Notes: a model not told the origin generated them from the sequence alone. 64,000 bases of DNA from an uncultured Thiomicrospira sp. (GCA_965195345.1 OZ239628.1:416001-480000); one strand, 5' to 3'. Counted from the first letter of the stretch, positions 41,587-52,074 are shown. A program made the numbers and translations.

Positions 41587-44514
41587 ATGTCGCTCAACCC
41601 ATTTGCAACCGTTCAAGAAACGATTGACTTAAGCCCTAAAGTGGCTGATGAGATAAAGCACACAACGTGTTATATGTGTGCGTGTCGCTGTGGAATAAAG
41701 GTTTATTTGAAAGACGGTACGGTTCGCTATATTGAAGGCAATCCTAACCATCCCGTTAATAAAGGGGTTTTGTGCGCTAAAGGGTCAGCGGGCATAATGA
41801 ATCATTATTCCCCTGCTCGGTTAACAAATCCTTTGTTGCGTGTTGGTGAGAGAGGAAGCGGTGAATTCCGTGAAATCACTTGGGAAGAGGCAATAAATCT
41901 TGCCAGTGAATGGTTAGGAAGTGTTCGTGCAACAAACCCTAATAAACTTGCGTTCTTTACTGGACGTGATCAATCACAGTCGCTTACAGGGTGGTGGGCA
42001 TCGCGTTTCGGGACAACAAATTTTGCGGCGCATGGAGGTTTTTGTTCGGTCAATATGGCAGCGGCAGGTTTGTATTCAGTGGGTGGTGCGTTTTGGGAAT
42101 TTGGTGAGCCAGATTGGGAACGTACTAAATATTTCATGTTATTTGGTGTTGCTGAAGATCATGATTCAAATCCAATAAAGATTGGCTTGGGTAAGCTCAA
42201 AGCACGTGGTGATGCCAAAACGATTTCAATAAATCCAGTTCGTACCGGCTACTCAGCTATAGCGGATGAGTGGGTGGCGGTTAATCCCGGCACTGATGGG
42301 TTATTTATCTTTGCTTTAATTCATGAATTGCTGCGTGCTGATAAAGTTGATTTGAACTATTTGGCGCGCTATACCAATGCTTGTTGGTTGGTGCATCAAA
42401 ATCAAGGCAGTGAAGAAAATGGGTTATTTGTTCGTGATGAGGCAGGAAAACCATGCGTATTTGACTCACAAACGCAACAGGTCGTTGCATTTGATTCTGC
42501 CTCCAAACCCACTATTGTAGGTAGTGTTACTTTAGATGATGGCTTAAGTGCAATTCCTTCGTTTGAGTTGATTGCCGAACGTTATTTGTCGGATGAATAT
42601 GCACCGGATGCAGTAGCGGATAAAGTGGGTATTAGTGGGGATACCATACGGCGCATTGCTGCTGAAATAGCAAGGGTTGCTTTTGAAGAAGAAATTGTTA
42701 TTGATCAAAAATGGGTCGATTGGCAAGGAAACGAACACGATAAAATTATAGGCAGACCTGTGAGCATACATGCTATGCGAGGTATCTCTGCCCATTCTAA
42801 TGGTTTTCATACCTGTCGAGCGCTGCACATATTACAAATGTTGATAGGGAGTGTTGATGTGCCAGGCGGCTGGCGTTACAAAGCACCTTATCCAAAGCCA
42901 ATACCTCCAGCACCTAAACCAGCCCATTCAACAGGTGAACCGTTTCAAGCATTGCATGGCATGCCCATAGGAAACCCCACCTGTCCAGAAGATTTGCTCG
43001 TGGATGAAAATGGCGAACCATTGCGCCTTGACAAGGCATACAGTTGGGAGCACCCTATGGCATCGCATGGGTTGATGCATATGGTTCTTCAAAATGCTTG
43101 GGCAGGAGACCCCTACAAAATTGATGTGTTGATGATGTATATGGCGAATATGGCTTGGAATTCATCCATGAATGTCAAAGATACGCTTCGTTATTTAACG
43201 GATAAAGATGAAAATGGAGAATACAAAATTCCCAAGTTTATTTATTCAGATGCATATTATTCCGAAACGGTTCCTTATGCCGATTTAATTCTGCCAGATA
43301 CTACTTATTTAGAGCGCTACGACTGCATTTCATTACTTGATAGACCTATCTCTAGTGCGCACGGTCCAGGGGATGCTATTCGTGTCCCAGTTGTTGAGCC
43401 TGATCGTGATGTGCGCCCATTTCAAGATGTATTAATTGAGCTGGGCGCGAAGCTCAATTTACCAGGCTTTGTTAATGATGCGGGTGAGCCCCTCTATCCT
43501 GGTGGCTACGTTGATTACATGGTGAATCATGAGCGTGCTCCTGGTATTGGACCGCTAGCTGGTTGGCGAGGTGACGGCAGTGCGCATGGGCGAGGTGAAA
43601 GTAATAGCCAACAAATTGAAAAATACATAGAGAATGGTTGCTTTTGGCAGCATCATTTGCCGCCTGATCAGTTGTTCTATAAGCATGTCAATAAAGCATA
43701 TCTTGAGTATGCAAAAGACATGGGTTGGATAGGAGATAGTGATCCAATTCTTTTGCAGTTGTACAGTGAGCATTTGCAAAAGTTTCGTTTAGCGGCGCAA
43801 GGGCATGGCAAGGTTAGCGTGCCTGAATTGCATAGGCAACGTGTTGAAACGTATTTTGATCCAATTCCTATGTGGTATGAGCCCTTTGAACAGGCAATTG
43901 TCGAAGCTGAAGAATTTCCTTTACATGCGATTACTCAACGACCTATGCATATGTATCATTCGTGGGGGTCGCAAAATATTTGGTTAAGGCAAATTACCAA
44001 TAAAAACTATTTGTATATTCATGTCGATACTGCTAAAAAGTACGATTTGCAAAATGGTGATTGGATATGGTTAAGCAGTCATCATGGCCGTATAAAAGTC
44101 CCGATAAAAACCATGCTTGGAACCAATGTCAATACAGTATGGACTTGGAATGCTATTGGTAAACGTCGAGGTGCGTGGGCGCTTGACAATAATTCGCCTG
44201 AGTTTAAAGAGGGTTTTTTGTTAAACCATCTCATTAGTGAGTTATTGCCCCCTAAAGAAGGGAGTTATCGATATTCTAATTCTGACCCAGTTACTGGGCA
44301 AGCGGCATGGTACGATTTAAGAGTGAAGATTGAAAAGTGCAGCCCAACCGATGCGGAAAATGGAATCATTGAGCCTTATTTCGCACCAACTAATAAGAGC
44401 ATTGGCACACGCAAAACTATCTCAACCTTTGGGTTAGAAACCAAAGACATTCCATCTGGGAAACCCTCTAAACCAATGAAAGAATGGGTGTCATATTCTG
44501 ATGATCGTAAATGA
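41587..44514 (+). CDS. soeA: Cytoplasmic sulfite dehydrogenase molybdopterin subunit
   Basis: TTCYMCACRCGI, no Tat signal, AAHGGFCSVNMAA and SNSDPVTGQAAWYD. Confidence 0.88.
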   Translation: MSLNPFATVQETIDLSPKVADEIKHTTCYMCACRCGIKVYLKDGTVRYIEGNPNHPVNKGVLCAKGSAGIMNHYSPARLTNPLLRVGERGSGEFREITWEEAINLASEWLGSVRATNPNKLAFFTGRDQSQSLTGWWASRFGTTNFAAHGGFCSVNMAAAGLYSVGGAFWEFGEPDWERTKYFMLFGVAEDHDSNPIKIGLGKLKARGDAKTISINPVRTGYSAIADEWVAVNPGTDGLFIFALIHELLRADKVDLNYLARYTNACWLVHQNQGSEENGLFVRDEAGKPCVFDSQTQQVVAFDSASKPTIVGSVTLDDGLSAIPSFELIAERYLSDEYAPDAVADKVGISGDTIRRIAAEIARVAFEEEIVIDQKWVDWQGNEHDKIIGRPVSIHAMRGISAHSNGFHTCRALHILQMLIGSVDVPGGWRYKAPYPKPIPPAPKPAHSTGEPFQALHGMPIGNPTCPEDLLVDENGEPLRLDKAYSWEHPMASHGLMHMVLQNAWAGDPYKIDVLMMYMANMAWNSSMNVKDTLRYLTDKDENGEYKIPKFIYSDAYYSETVPYADLILPDTTYLERYDCISLLDRPISSAHGPGDAIRVPVVEPDRDVRPFQDVLIELGAKLNLPGFVNDAGEPLYPGGYVDYMVNHERAPGIGPLAGWRGDGSAHGRGESNSQQIEKYIENGCFWQHHLPPDQLFYKHVNKAYLEYAKDMGWIGDSDPILLQLYSEHLQKFRLAAQGHGKVSVPELHRQRVETYFDPIPMWYEPFEQAIVEAEEFPLHAITQRPMHMYHSWGSQNIWLRQITNKNYLYIHVDTAKKYDLQNGDWIWLSSHHGRIKVPIKTMLGTNVNTVWTWNAIGKRRGAWALDNNSPEFKEGFLLNHLISELLPPKEGSYRYSNSDPVTGQAAWYDLRVKIEKCSPTDAENGIIEPYFAPTNKSIGTRKTISTFGLETKDIPSGKPSKPMKEWVSYSDDRK

Positions 44515-45248
44515 CTGAATTACCTAAAAAAACAAAACGTAAGCTTGGGCTTGTGATTGATCTCGGCAGCTGTGTAGGCTGCCATGCCTGTGTTGTTAGT
44601 TGCAAAGAATGGAACACTAGTGGACATATGGCACCACTCACTGACTTCAATCCGCAGCAAGCTGATCCAAACGGAGTTTGGTTCAATCGTGTGCACAGTT
44701 ATGAAGTGGAGCGTGAGGGTTGCTCACAGACGGTGCATTTCCCCAAGTCGTGTTTGCACTGTGAAGATGCACCATGTGTAACAGTTTGCCCAACAGGCGC
44801 TTCTTATAAACGCGAGGAGGATGGTATTGTGTTGGTTAATGCCGATACGTGTATTGGTTGCAAATTGTGTTCATGGGCGTGCCCTTATGGAGCAAGAGAG
44901 TTTGATGATAATGATCGAGTGATGAAAAAATGCACTTTGTGCGTTGACCGTATTTACAATGCAAATTTAGATGAAAGCTCACGTGTTCCAGCATGTGTTG
45001 CTGCTTGTCCAACAGGCGCGCGCCATTTTGGAGACTTAGGGGATGAAAACTCTGAAATTGCTAAGTTAGTTGAAAATCGGCAAGGTTATGCTTTGATGCC
45101 AGAACAAAATTGTCAGCCAGTGAATCGTTACCTTCCTCCTCAAGAAAAAACCAATACGCAACAAAAAGATATCGCGCTTGAGGCTGCTACAGATAGCCAG
45201 CAAAGCTTGTTGAATCGCTGGGCGGATCGCGTCGCAGCTAATTTTTAA
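44511..45248 (+). CDS. soeB: Sulfite dehydrogenase 4Fe-4S subunit
   Basis: CVGCHACVVSCKEWN, CLHCEDAPCVTVCP and CIGCKLCSWACP. Confidence 0.88.
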   Translation: MTELPKKTKRKLGLVIDLGSCVGCHACVVSCKEWNTSGHMAPLTDFNPQQADPNGVWFNRVHSYEVEREGCSQTVHFPKSCLHCEDAPCVTVCPTGASYKREEDGIVLVNADTCIGCKLCSWACPYGAREFDDNDRVMKKCTLCVDRIYNANLDESSRVPACVAACPTGARHFGDLGDENSEIAKLVENRQGYALMPEQNCQPVNRYLPPQEKTNTQQKDIALEAATDSQQSLLNRWADRVAANF

Positions 45249-45257
45249 GGGGAAGTC

Positions 45258-46160
45258 ATGCATCCGGCTGCTTCTGTTATATTATTCACCACGCTCACAG
45301 GGCTTGGGTACGGCTTAATGATATGGCTTGGTTTTGCTTTGCTGAGTGGAGAATTAGTCAATCATACGATGATGGTGATAAGTATGATAGTCGCTTCTTT
45401 CGTATTAACGACTGTTGGTTTGATCTCTTCATTATTTCATTTAGGGCATCCTGAGCGTGCTTGGCGTGCGCTGAGTCAATGGAAAACTTCTTGGCTTTCT
45501 CGCGAAGGCGTACTAGCAATTCTTTGTTACATTCCAATGTTCATGCTTGCGATTACGATGTACTTCGAACAGACACAGTATGTGCCTTTATTGAGTGTTA
45601 TTCTTATTGTATTATGTGCGTCAACTACCTATGCGACCTCAATGATTTATGCTTCCCTTAAGCCAATTCCTGCATGGTCAAATCCATCCACGATATTTTG
45701 CTATCAGTTAAATGCTTTAGCGACAGGCGGCGTGCTTTTTATGTTCTTTTGTTATTTTTTTATGGCGCTGCCTCCGTTTTTAAACGAATTGCTTGTTGTG
45801 CTAACGGTCGCATTAGCAGTTAAGATTTGGTGGTTTTTATCTATTGAAAGAAGCAATGTGAGTGATGCACAAAGCGCTATTGGACTGAAGGGTACTATTC
45901 GTCAAATCGACCCGCCCCACTCATCGGCAAACTATCTAATGAAAGAGATGGGTTTTGAAATAGCTCGAAACCACAGGGTTAAATACAGACTTGTTTCGAT
46001 ATTTGGTGTATTTTTGATTCCATTTGCATGCGTATATTTGGGAGTAAATACGCCATTGATTATTGTTGCGCAATTGTTCTCTATTGTTGGAATTATTGCT
46101 GAGCGTTATCTTTTTTTTGCTGAAGCCAAGCACGTTGTTACTTTTTATTACCGATCTTAA
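45258..46160 (+). CDS. soeC: Sulfite dehydrogenase membrane anchor (DmsC family)
   Basis: MHPAASVILFTT, HLGHPERAWRALSQWKTSWLSRE and ERYLFFAEAKHVV. Confidence 0.88.
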   Translation: MHPAASVILFTTLTGLGYGLMIWLGFALLSGELVNHTMMVISMIVASFVLTTVGLISSLFHLGHPERAWRALSQWKTSWLSREGVLAILCYIPMFMLAITMYFEQTQYVPLLSVILIVLCASTTYATSMIYASLKPIPAWSNPSTIFCYQLNALATGGVLFMFFCYFFMALPPFLNELLVVLTVALAVKIWWFLSIERSNVSDAQSAIGLKGTIRQIDPPHSSANYLMKEMGFEIARNHRVKYRLVSIFGVFLIPFACVYLGVNTPLIIVAQLFSIVGIIAERYLFFAEAKHVVTFYYRS

Positions 46161-46465
46161 TCTAGACGGTATTCTCGTTCGACTTTGCAAATTTTCGTAG
46201 AGTACGTTGAGTACCATTTTTCTTTACCTAATCGCTGTGCCTCAAGGTGTTCAGGGTGTTTTTTCCATGCTTTGATGGAATCTAAATCTTTCCAGTAAGA
46301 CACAGTTATTCCTAACCCATCACTGCGGGCGGAATCATGCCCTAAATAGCCCGGTTGTTGTTGCACTAATTCAAGCATTCGATCAGCGGTTTTTTGATAC
46401 CCTTGATTATTGCTAAGCGTATTGGAGAATATAACTGCATAGTATGGAGGAGGGATGGCAAACAT
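46157..46465 (-). CDS. Antibiotic biosynthesis monooxygenase (ABM) family protein
   Basis: PPYYAVIF, QPGYLG, GITVSYW and WKKHPEHLEAQ. Confidence 0.85.
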   Translation of the reverse strand: MFAIPPPYYAVIFSNTLSNNQGYQKTADRMLELVQQQPGYLGHDSARSDGLGITVSYWKDLDSIKAWKKHPEHLEAQRLGKEKWYSTYSTKICKVEREYRLD

Positions 46466-46466
46466 A

Positions 46467-47054
46467 TTATTCCTTTGAGTTAATGATTACTTGAACTTGT
46501 TGTTGTAAATGAGGGATAACATCTGCTTCAAAAAATGGACTATTCTCAAGCCATTTCCTATTTCTCGGGCTAGGATGAGGAAGAATGTATTGACTTGGAG
46601 CAAGAAGACGCCATTGTCGAACTCTTTCGCTTAAATTTTTTTTTGATTTGCCGAAATGATAATTAACGGCATAAGTACCTATGATTATAGATAGTTTGAT
46701 ATTTGGTAGTTTGTCAAGTAATTGCATGCGCCATTGAGGGGCACATTCTGGTCGAGGTGGTAAATCGCCTGATTTACCTGTCCCAGGGTAGCAAAATCCC
46801 ATTGGTAAAATAGCAAATATACTAGGATCGTAGAAGCTTGTTCGATCGATACCTAACCATTGGCGTAAACGGTCACCACTTGGGTCATTGAAAGGAATCC
46901 CTGTTTCATGCGCGCGCTTTCCTGGGGCTTGACCCGCCAGCAATATTTTTGCTTTAGGATTCAATTGGAAAATGGGGCGTGCTCCCATAGGTAGATGAGC
47001 GGCGCATAGGGTGCAATGTTCAACTTGCTGAATTAAAGTGGTGAATGTTTCCAT
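46467..47054 (-). CDS. Uracil-DNA glycosylase family protein
   Basis: GQAPG, DPSGDRLRQWL, MGFCYPG, DLPPRPEC and LPHPSPRN. Start at ATG 47054. Confidence 0.88.
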   Translation of the reverse strand: METFTTLIQQVEHCTLCAAHLPMGARPIFQLNPKAKILLAGQAPGKRAHETGIPFNDPSGDRLRQWLGIDRTSFYDPSIFAILPMGFCYPGTGKSGDLPPRPECAPQWRMQLLDKLPNIKLSIIIGTYAVNYHFGKSKKNLSERVRQWRLLAPSQYILPHPSPRNRKWLENSPFFEADVIPHLQQQVQVIINSKE

Positions 47055-47132
47055 GTTTTTATAAAATTTCGCAAAGTATAATTCAACAAGTAACATAAAG
47101 AAAGATACATAGTGAAAATATAAATGTAGGGG

Positions 47133-47759
47133 TTGGTGTTGAAAAGCAATTTTGACAAAGAAAAAATTGTAGGATTAGTTCTTGCAGGTGGCACTTCTGA
47201 ACGCTTTGGAGGGAATGATAAAGCGTGGATTTCTATTGATGGAAAAGCACTGATTGAGCATCAGATTGAATGGCTAATCAAACAATCAAGCGTAGTGAAA
47301 TCTGCTATAAATTGTAATAGAAATTTTCAGGATTATAAGCGGTTAGGATTGCCGTTGATTATCGATGATGAATATGCTAATTTTGGACCACTGAGTGGTA
47401 TTTTTTCAGGATTGAAATGGGCGAAATCTCAAGAAGCAGATTGGTTGTTTGTTTTGCCCGTTGATACTTGGTGTATTTCCAATGCACTCATTGATGAGTT
47501 GGTAAATGGTGCAAAAAACGAGGACATGCTTGATGTGGTAATGCCTATTTTAGGTGGACGTGCGCAGCATGCAACGGGGCTTTGGTCGATTAAATTATTG
47601 CCTGACTTAAGAGAACAGTTGGCAGAAGGTGGCGGAGCGATCTTACATTTTCTCGAAACTAAAACGGTTGTTAAGGTGGATTGTTCAGTCAATTGCTATG
47701 GCGACAATGCGAAGGCACTAATCACCAATATTAATAGCCCTGAAGATATTCCAAATTAA
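47133..47759 (+). CDS. mobA: Molybdenum cofactor guanylyltransferase
   Basis: LAGGTSERFGGNDK, GPLSGI, PVD and NINSPED. Confidence 0.88.
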   Translation: MVLKSNFDKEKIVGLVLAGGTSERFGGNDKAWISIDGKALIEHQIEWLIKQSSVVKSAINCNRNFQDYKRLGLPLIIDDEYANFGPLSGIFSGLKWAKSQEADWLFVLPVDTWCISNALIDELVNGAKNEDMLDVVMPILGGRAQHATGLWSIKLLPDLREQLAEGGGAILHFLETKTVVKVDCSVNCYGDNAKALITNINSPEDIPN

Positions 47760-47786
47760 ATGCAACGGCTTATACGAAAGAGTAGA

Positions 47787-48347
47787 TTATTTGGTGATGT
47801 GGTTTCTCCACCAATTTGGCAAAGACGATTCCACCTCACCCGCTTCGTATAATTCATTGGCAAGCCGAATGGAACGAACACCAGCGTCGGAATTAATAAA
47901 CCAGATATTGAGTGAGGCGATCAGCCCTTTCCCACGAAATCCTTTTTGAGAGAGCCAATTTAGAATCTTAGCCTCATTCCAGTCTTTGTTAAACCGTACA
48001 ATGACTCCTCCTGGCAATCCCATAGAGGACCCGCCTTTCGAGTCGTAAGAAAAGGTTTCGGAAAGTCTGTTTGTTGAGGCAATAGATCGTATTTTTTGCA
48101 TAGAGGCTGATTCGTTGCGCTTCCAAATTCGAAAGCCATTGCTCATGGAATTCACCAGAACGGCTTCATTTTTTAGAGACGCTGCAACATCATCATTGCG
48201 ACTGAAGTCAATGAATTGATCAGTATTCATATAAACTTCTAACTTCTTTTTTCCATCGTAATAGTACATGAGCGTGTTTTTATCAGCAAACGCACTGATG
48301 GGGGCAATTATTAAGAAAAGTAGTAGGGGGGAGTATTTAATCTTCAT
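47787..48347 (-). CDS. Exported hypothetical protein, C-terminus resembling a subtilase pro-domain/chaperone
   Basis: Signal peptide; GGVIVRF...SIRLANELYEAGEVESSLPNW pattern. Confidence 0.55.
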   Translation of the reverse strand: MKIKYSPLLLFLIIAPISAFADKNTLMYYYDGKKKLEVYMNTDQFIDFSRNDDVAASLKNEAVLVNSMSNGFRIWKRNESASMQKIRSIASTNRLSETFSYDSKGGSSMGLPGGVIVRFNKDWNEAKILNWLSQKGFRGKGLIASLNIWFINSDAGVRSIRLANELYEAGEVESSLPNWWRNHITK

Positions 48348-49086
48348 GAAATGATGTGAGATGTACAGTTAAGTTATTTAGTTTTAGTGGTTGTTCCAAG
48401 CCTTTGTTGCTAAAGAGCGCAATGCTCATATTATCATGTGCTTGTAAAACGATGCCACGCACAGGCTTCCCTTGTGCGTTTTGCAATTCTATATTTTCTC
48501 CTCCGATTAGGTTTTCTTCAGTCTTAATAAGAAAGCAACGTTTGGTTACTTTTCCACGATAGTGCAGTCGAGCAATTACTTCTTGCCCAACATAGCAACC
48601 CTTTTGCCAGTTTAATGCATTGAGGATATCCAAATTTAAAAGTTGAGCAACGTATTTTCCACTGCTTAAATTGCTTAGCCTGACAAAACCGTTTTGCATT
48701 AGGATCGGTGTGGCATTTGATGCGTTTTCAGGTGGATTTTCTTGTAGAGAAATGAAGCAATTTTCAGAAAGTTGAAGATGTAAAGACGTTTCTGGAGCAC
48801 TGTCGGTGATTACAGCGTGGAAATGACTTTTTTCTATTTTCACATCAGAACGCAAAATAAACATATTCAAACGTTTAATGGTGCTGTCTATGTTTTCGTC
48901 TTGACTTAATAAATACACAAAATCAGCATCTCGGATTAATACAAATATGGCTAATACTTCTCCTTTAGGAGAGCAAAAAGCGTTGATTCCATTTTTTCTA
49001 ATATCGTTGCTCAATTGACCCTGCAAAAACGTGTCTGTGTCTGCACCGCTCAGTTTGAATGTTTTAAACGTTGTGTGATAAATCAT
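48337..49086 (-). CDS. ygfZ: Folate-binding protein YgfZ
   Basis: FLQGQLSND and KGCYVGQEVIAR. Confidence 0.92.
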   Translation of the reverse strand: MIYHTTFKTFKLSGADTDTFLQGQLSNDIRKNGINAFCSPKGEVLAIFVLIRDADFVYLLSQDENIDSTIKRLNMFILRSDVKIEKSHFHAVITDSAPETSLHLQLSENCFISLQENPPENASNATPILMQNGFVRLSNLSSGKYVAQLLNLDILNALNWQKGCYVGQEVIARLHYRGKVTKRCFLIKTEENLIGGENIELQNAQGKPVRGIVLQAHDNMSIALFSNKGLEQPLKLNNLTVHLTSFHED

Positions 49087-49170
49087 GTTACTAATTGTAC
49101 GTTATGAAAATGGTTTCGGCATTAGAATAGCTTGACCTTGAACGTTAAATGTATAAGTAAGGATGCGGTT

Positions 49171-49503
49171 ATGAATCGAGAAGAGTTGGTGAAAAAAAAA
49201 TGCAGACCAATTGCTCAGACGGAAGATGCGCTTGACGAGGCAAGAGTGGCTCAATTGCATCGGTTGATTATGGATTGGAGTATTGAAGATCAAACGATAA
49301 GACGTCGATTTTTGATGAAGAAGTACAGTGTTGTATTGGACTTTGTAGCCGCGATAGGAGCGCTTTCAGTGCAAGAGTGCCATCATCCAGTAGTTTGCTT
49401 TGGCTATGGTTTCGTGGAAGTTCGGTATACAACCCATTCAGTGAATGGGCTCAGTTTGAATGATTTCATTTGCGCTATAAAAATTGATGAAATATATGCT
49501 TGA
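49171..49503 (+). CDS. Pterin-4a-carbinolamine dehydratase
   Basis: HHP, TTHSVNGLSLNDFICAIKID. Start at ATG 49171. Confidence 0.88.
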   Translation: MNREELVKKKCRPIAQTEDALDEARVAQLHRLIMDWSIEDQTIRRRFLMKKYSVVLDFVAAIGALSVQECHHPVVCFGYGFVEVRYTTHSVNGLSLNDFICAIKIDEIYA

Positions 49504-50368
49504 ACGAGTGATTGCTAGTTTTGGTTTTGAAGCATTGTGTGAAAATCCAAAAACGGGTGTTCGTCAGACGTTGAAGCATCGACGTAGTATGCGTCCAGTT
49601 TGCGGCGATTTAGTACATGTGAAGGATGATATTATTTCTGAGATTCTTCCAAGGAAAAATGTTGTAGAGCGTATAAAGAGTAATAAGGCGAAGCCTCCTA
49701 TTGCTGCCAATATAGATATGTTGGGGATAGTGGTCAGCCATGAACCTCTTACGCCTTGGTTTTTTATTGATGCGTGGTTGCTTATAGCATGGGTGCAGAA
49801 TATAAAGCCAATTTTGATTAAAAATAAATCAGATATTTCAAGCTTTGCTTCTTTTGAACAAAAATTCAATAATCGGTTTGATAGATGTGGCTATGCAGAG
49901 TGGACAGGAAGCGCGATTAATGGAGAAAATATTGATGCGCTTTTACATGGATTTAGGGATAAGATTGTTTTGCTGGTGGGTTTGTCGGGTGTGGGTAAAT
50001 CAAGTTTAACAAATGCCTTGATTCCTAATGCGCAAGTAAGAACGCAATCTTTATCGCTTTATTCGTCAGATGGTAAACACACGACTACCAATTCGGTTTT
50101 ACATCACTTTGAGGATGATTTGCAAGGAGGCTTAATTGATTCGCCTGGGATCAAAGAGATTGATTTGGTGATGCCCGATAATATGGAGGAGGCTTGGCCA
50201 GAATTTGAGCCTTTTCTTGGGAAGTGTCAATTTCGAAATTGCCAGCATGGAAAAGAACTCGGTTGTGCGATTTTAGCAGGCGTTAAGGAAGGATTAATAC
50301 ATGAAAATCGTTACCAATCATTCTGTCATCTTAAAAAAACATTGGGGTTGAAGAATTTTTGGGAGTGA
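49484..50368 (+). CDS. rsgA: Ribosome small subunit-dependent GTPase
   Basis: NKSD, GLSGVGKSS, GKHTTT, DSPG and Zn motif CQFRNCQH..ELGC. Confidence 0.93.
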   Translation: MMKYMLERVIASFGFEALCENPKTGVRQTLKHRRSMRPVCGDLVHVKDDIISEILPRKNVVERIKSNKAKPPIAANIDMLGIVVSHEPLTPWFFIDAWLLIAWVQNIKPILIKNKSDISSFASFEQKFNNRFDRCGYAEWTGSAINGENIDALLHGFRDKIVLLVGLSGVGKSSLTNALIPNAQVRTQSLSLYSSDGKHTTTNSVLHHFEDDLQGGLIDSPGIKEIDLVMPDNMEEAWPEFEPFLGKCQFRNCQHGKELGCAILAGVKEGLIHENRYQSFCHLKKTLGLKNFWE

Positions 50369-50374
50369 ATTTAG

Positions 50375-51313
50375 TTATGATTCATCGTTAATTCGAATGG
50401 TTTTAAAAAAATCATCCCAATAGGGACCCCCCTTAAATCGTTCTATTAAGAAAGATACAAATGTCTTCATACGCTGAGATAAATGGTGCGTTTGAGGATA
50501 AATGGCATATGCATTAAGTTGAGGTAGACTGTATTCTGGCAAAATGGGAATTAGTTTGCCATCTTCTATATCTTTATAGGTGATGAATGTTGGTGTAATA
50601 ATAATTCCCAATCCTTCAATAGCGGCTTGATTAAGGAATTCACCTGTATTGGCTCTTAGAATGGGCTGTATTTTTGTTTTTATTGTTTTGCCTCGCCTGT
50701 TTGTCAAATCCCAGTGTTGAAAGTCACGATATAAACTATACACAAGGCACTTGTGATTTTTTAATTCTGATAAAGATTGCGGTGTGCCCATTTTTTTGAG
50801 GTAAGAGGGGCTTGCACACATAGTGGTTCGAATAGGTGCTAAACGGCGGGCAATCAAACTTGAATCTGGCAAATGAGCTATTCGAATAGCCAAATCAAAC
50901 CCTTCCTGTATTAAGTCGACTTCTCGATCATTAAAATCTAATTCGAATTCAACTTGAGGATGCAGTTTTGAAAATTCGGTGATAGCGGAGCTGACATGCA
51001 TGAGCCCAAATGTAGATGGCAAGGCAATTTTTAACGGACCCTTTAATGTGGCGTGCGATTGAGATGTTTTTAGTTCAGCTTCACGGACATCTTCTAAAAT
51101 GCGAGTAGCAAGTTTATAAAAATCTTTTCCGATATCAGTTAGATTAATACGTCTGGTGGTACGGTGAAAAAGTTCAACACCGAGATGCCCTTCCAATTCA
51201 CTAAGTCGTCGGCTAATAACCGACTTCACGACCCCCAACCTGTCAGCAGCGGCACTAATGCCGTTTGACTCAACCACACGTGTGAATGTTTCCATGTTTT
51301 TAAACCGATCCAT
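50375..51313 (-). CDS. LysR family regulator (CrgA/DmlR-like)
   Basis: MDRFKNMETF, HTH, RTTRRINLT and VDLIQEGFDLAIR. Confidence 0.92.
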   Translation of the reverse strand: MDRFKNMETFTRVVESNGISAAADRLGVVKSVISRRLSELEGHLGVELFHRTTRRINLTDIGKDFYKLATRILEDVREAELKTSQSHATLKGPLKIALPSTFGLMHVSSAITEFSKLHPQVEFELDFNDREVDLIQEGFDLAIRIAHLPDSSLIARRLAPIRTTMCASPSYLKKMGTPQSLSELKNHKCLVYSLYRDFQHWDLTNRRGKTIKTKIQPILRANTGEFLNQAAIEGLGIIITPTFITYKDIEDGKLIPILPEYSLPQLNAYAIYPQTHHLSQRMKTFVSFLIERFKGGPYWDDFFKTIRINDES

Positions 51314-51323
51314 ATATCTCCAA

Positions 51324-51344
51324 TTGTTTCTAAAAAAAGAACAA
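51324..51344. promoter_or_regulatory. Putative LysR recognition site
   Basis: TTGTT-N11-AACAA dyad just upstream of the lysR start, in the divergent promoter region. Confidence 0.45.
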
Positions 51345-51534
51345 ATATTTCTTATTATGCCTGTTTATTTCTTTAATGAGCAACTATTATAATGCTGTGC
51401 ATAACAAGTTATTTTTAAATAAATGTAAGAACTTATAAGGATATTTACACTAAGCACGTTCAACTACATTAAGGCATAGGCTGTAAGTTTCATTTAAAAA
51501 ATCCATAAGCTCTTAAAATAAATATGGTTGTATT

Positions 51535-52074
51535 ATGAAGATTGGGAATACCGATAAAAAATATGGATCCGTTAGTCTCTTTATACATTGGATTAGCCTA
51601 ATTAGTGTTTTGGGGCTATTTTTTCTGGGAATATGGATGGTTGATCTTGAATACTATCATAGTTGGTATAGAACGGCTCCTGAGTTGCATATAAGCATCG
51701 GCATCTTTTTATTTTCTCTCACCCTACTACGTATAATTTGGTTGAGGTTGTCGCCAAAGCCAGCATCATTGAATACAGGATGGACATTGATCTTTGAGAA
51801 GATTGGGCATCGCAGTTTGTATGCGATTCTTTTGTTGTTGATGTTTTCTGGATATTTGATATTTACCGCTGATGGACGGTCAATATCATTTTTTCAATTG
51901 TTTGATATTCCATCAACCATTACTAGTATTCCTGATCAAGAAGATTTGGCGGGGTCAGTGCATGAAATTTTGGCGTGGACATTGATAGTATTGGTTAGCT
52001 TGCATGCACTAGTTGCTTTATGGCATCATTTCATCGTAAAAGATAGGACTTTGAAAAGGATGCTTGGTCAATAG
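51535..52074 (+). CDS. Cytochrome b561 (YceJ-like)
   Basis: IHW, HISIG, GH and LHALVALWHH heme ligands; four transmembrane helices; upstream of yceI. Confidence 0.88.
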   Translation: MKIGNTDKKYGSVSLFIHWISLISVLGLFFLGIWMVDLEYYHSWYRTAPELHISIGIFLFSLTLLRIIWLRLSPKPASLNTGWTLIFEKIGHRSLYAILLLLMFSGYLIFTADGRSISFFQLFDIPSTITSIPDQEDLAGSVHEILAWTLIVLVSLHALVALWHHFIVKDRTLKRMLGQ

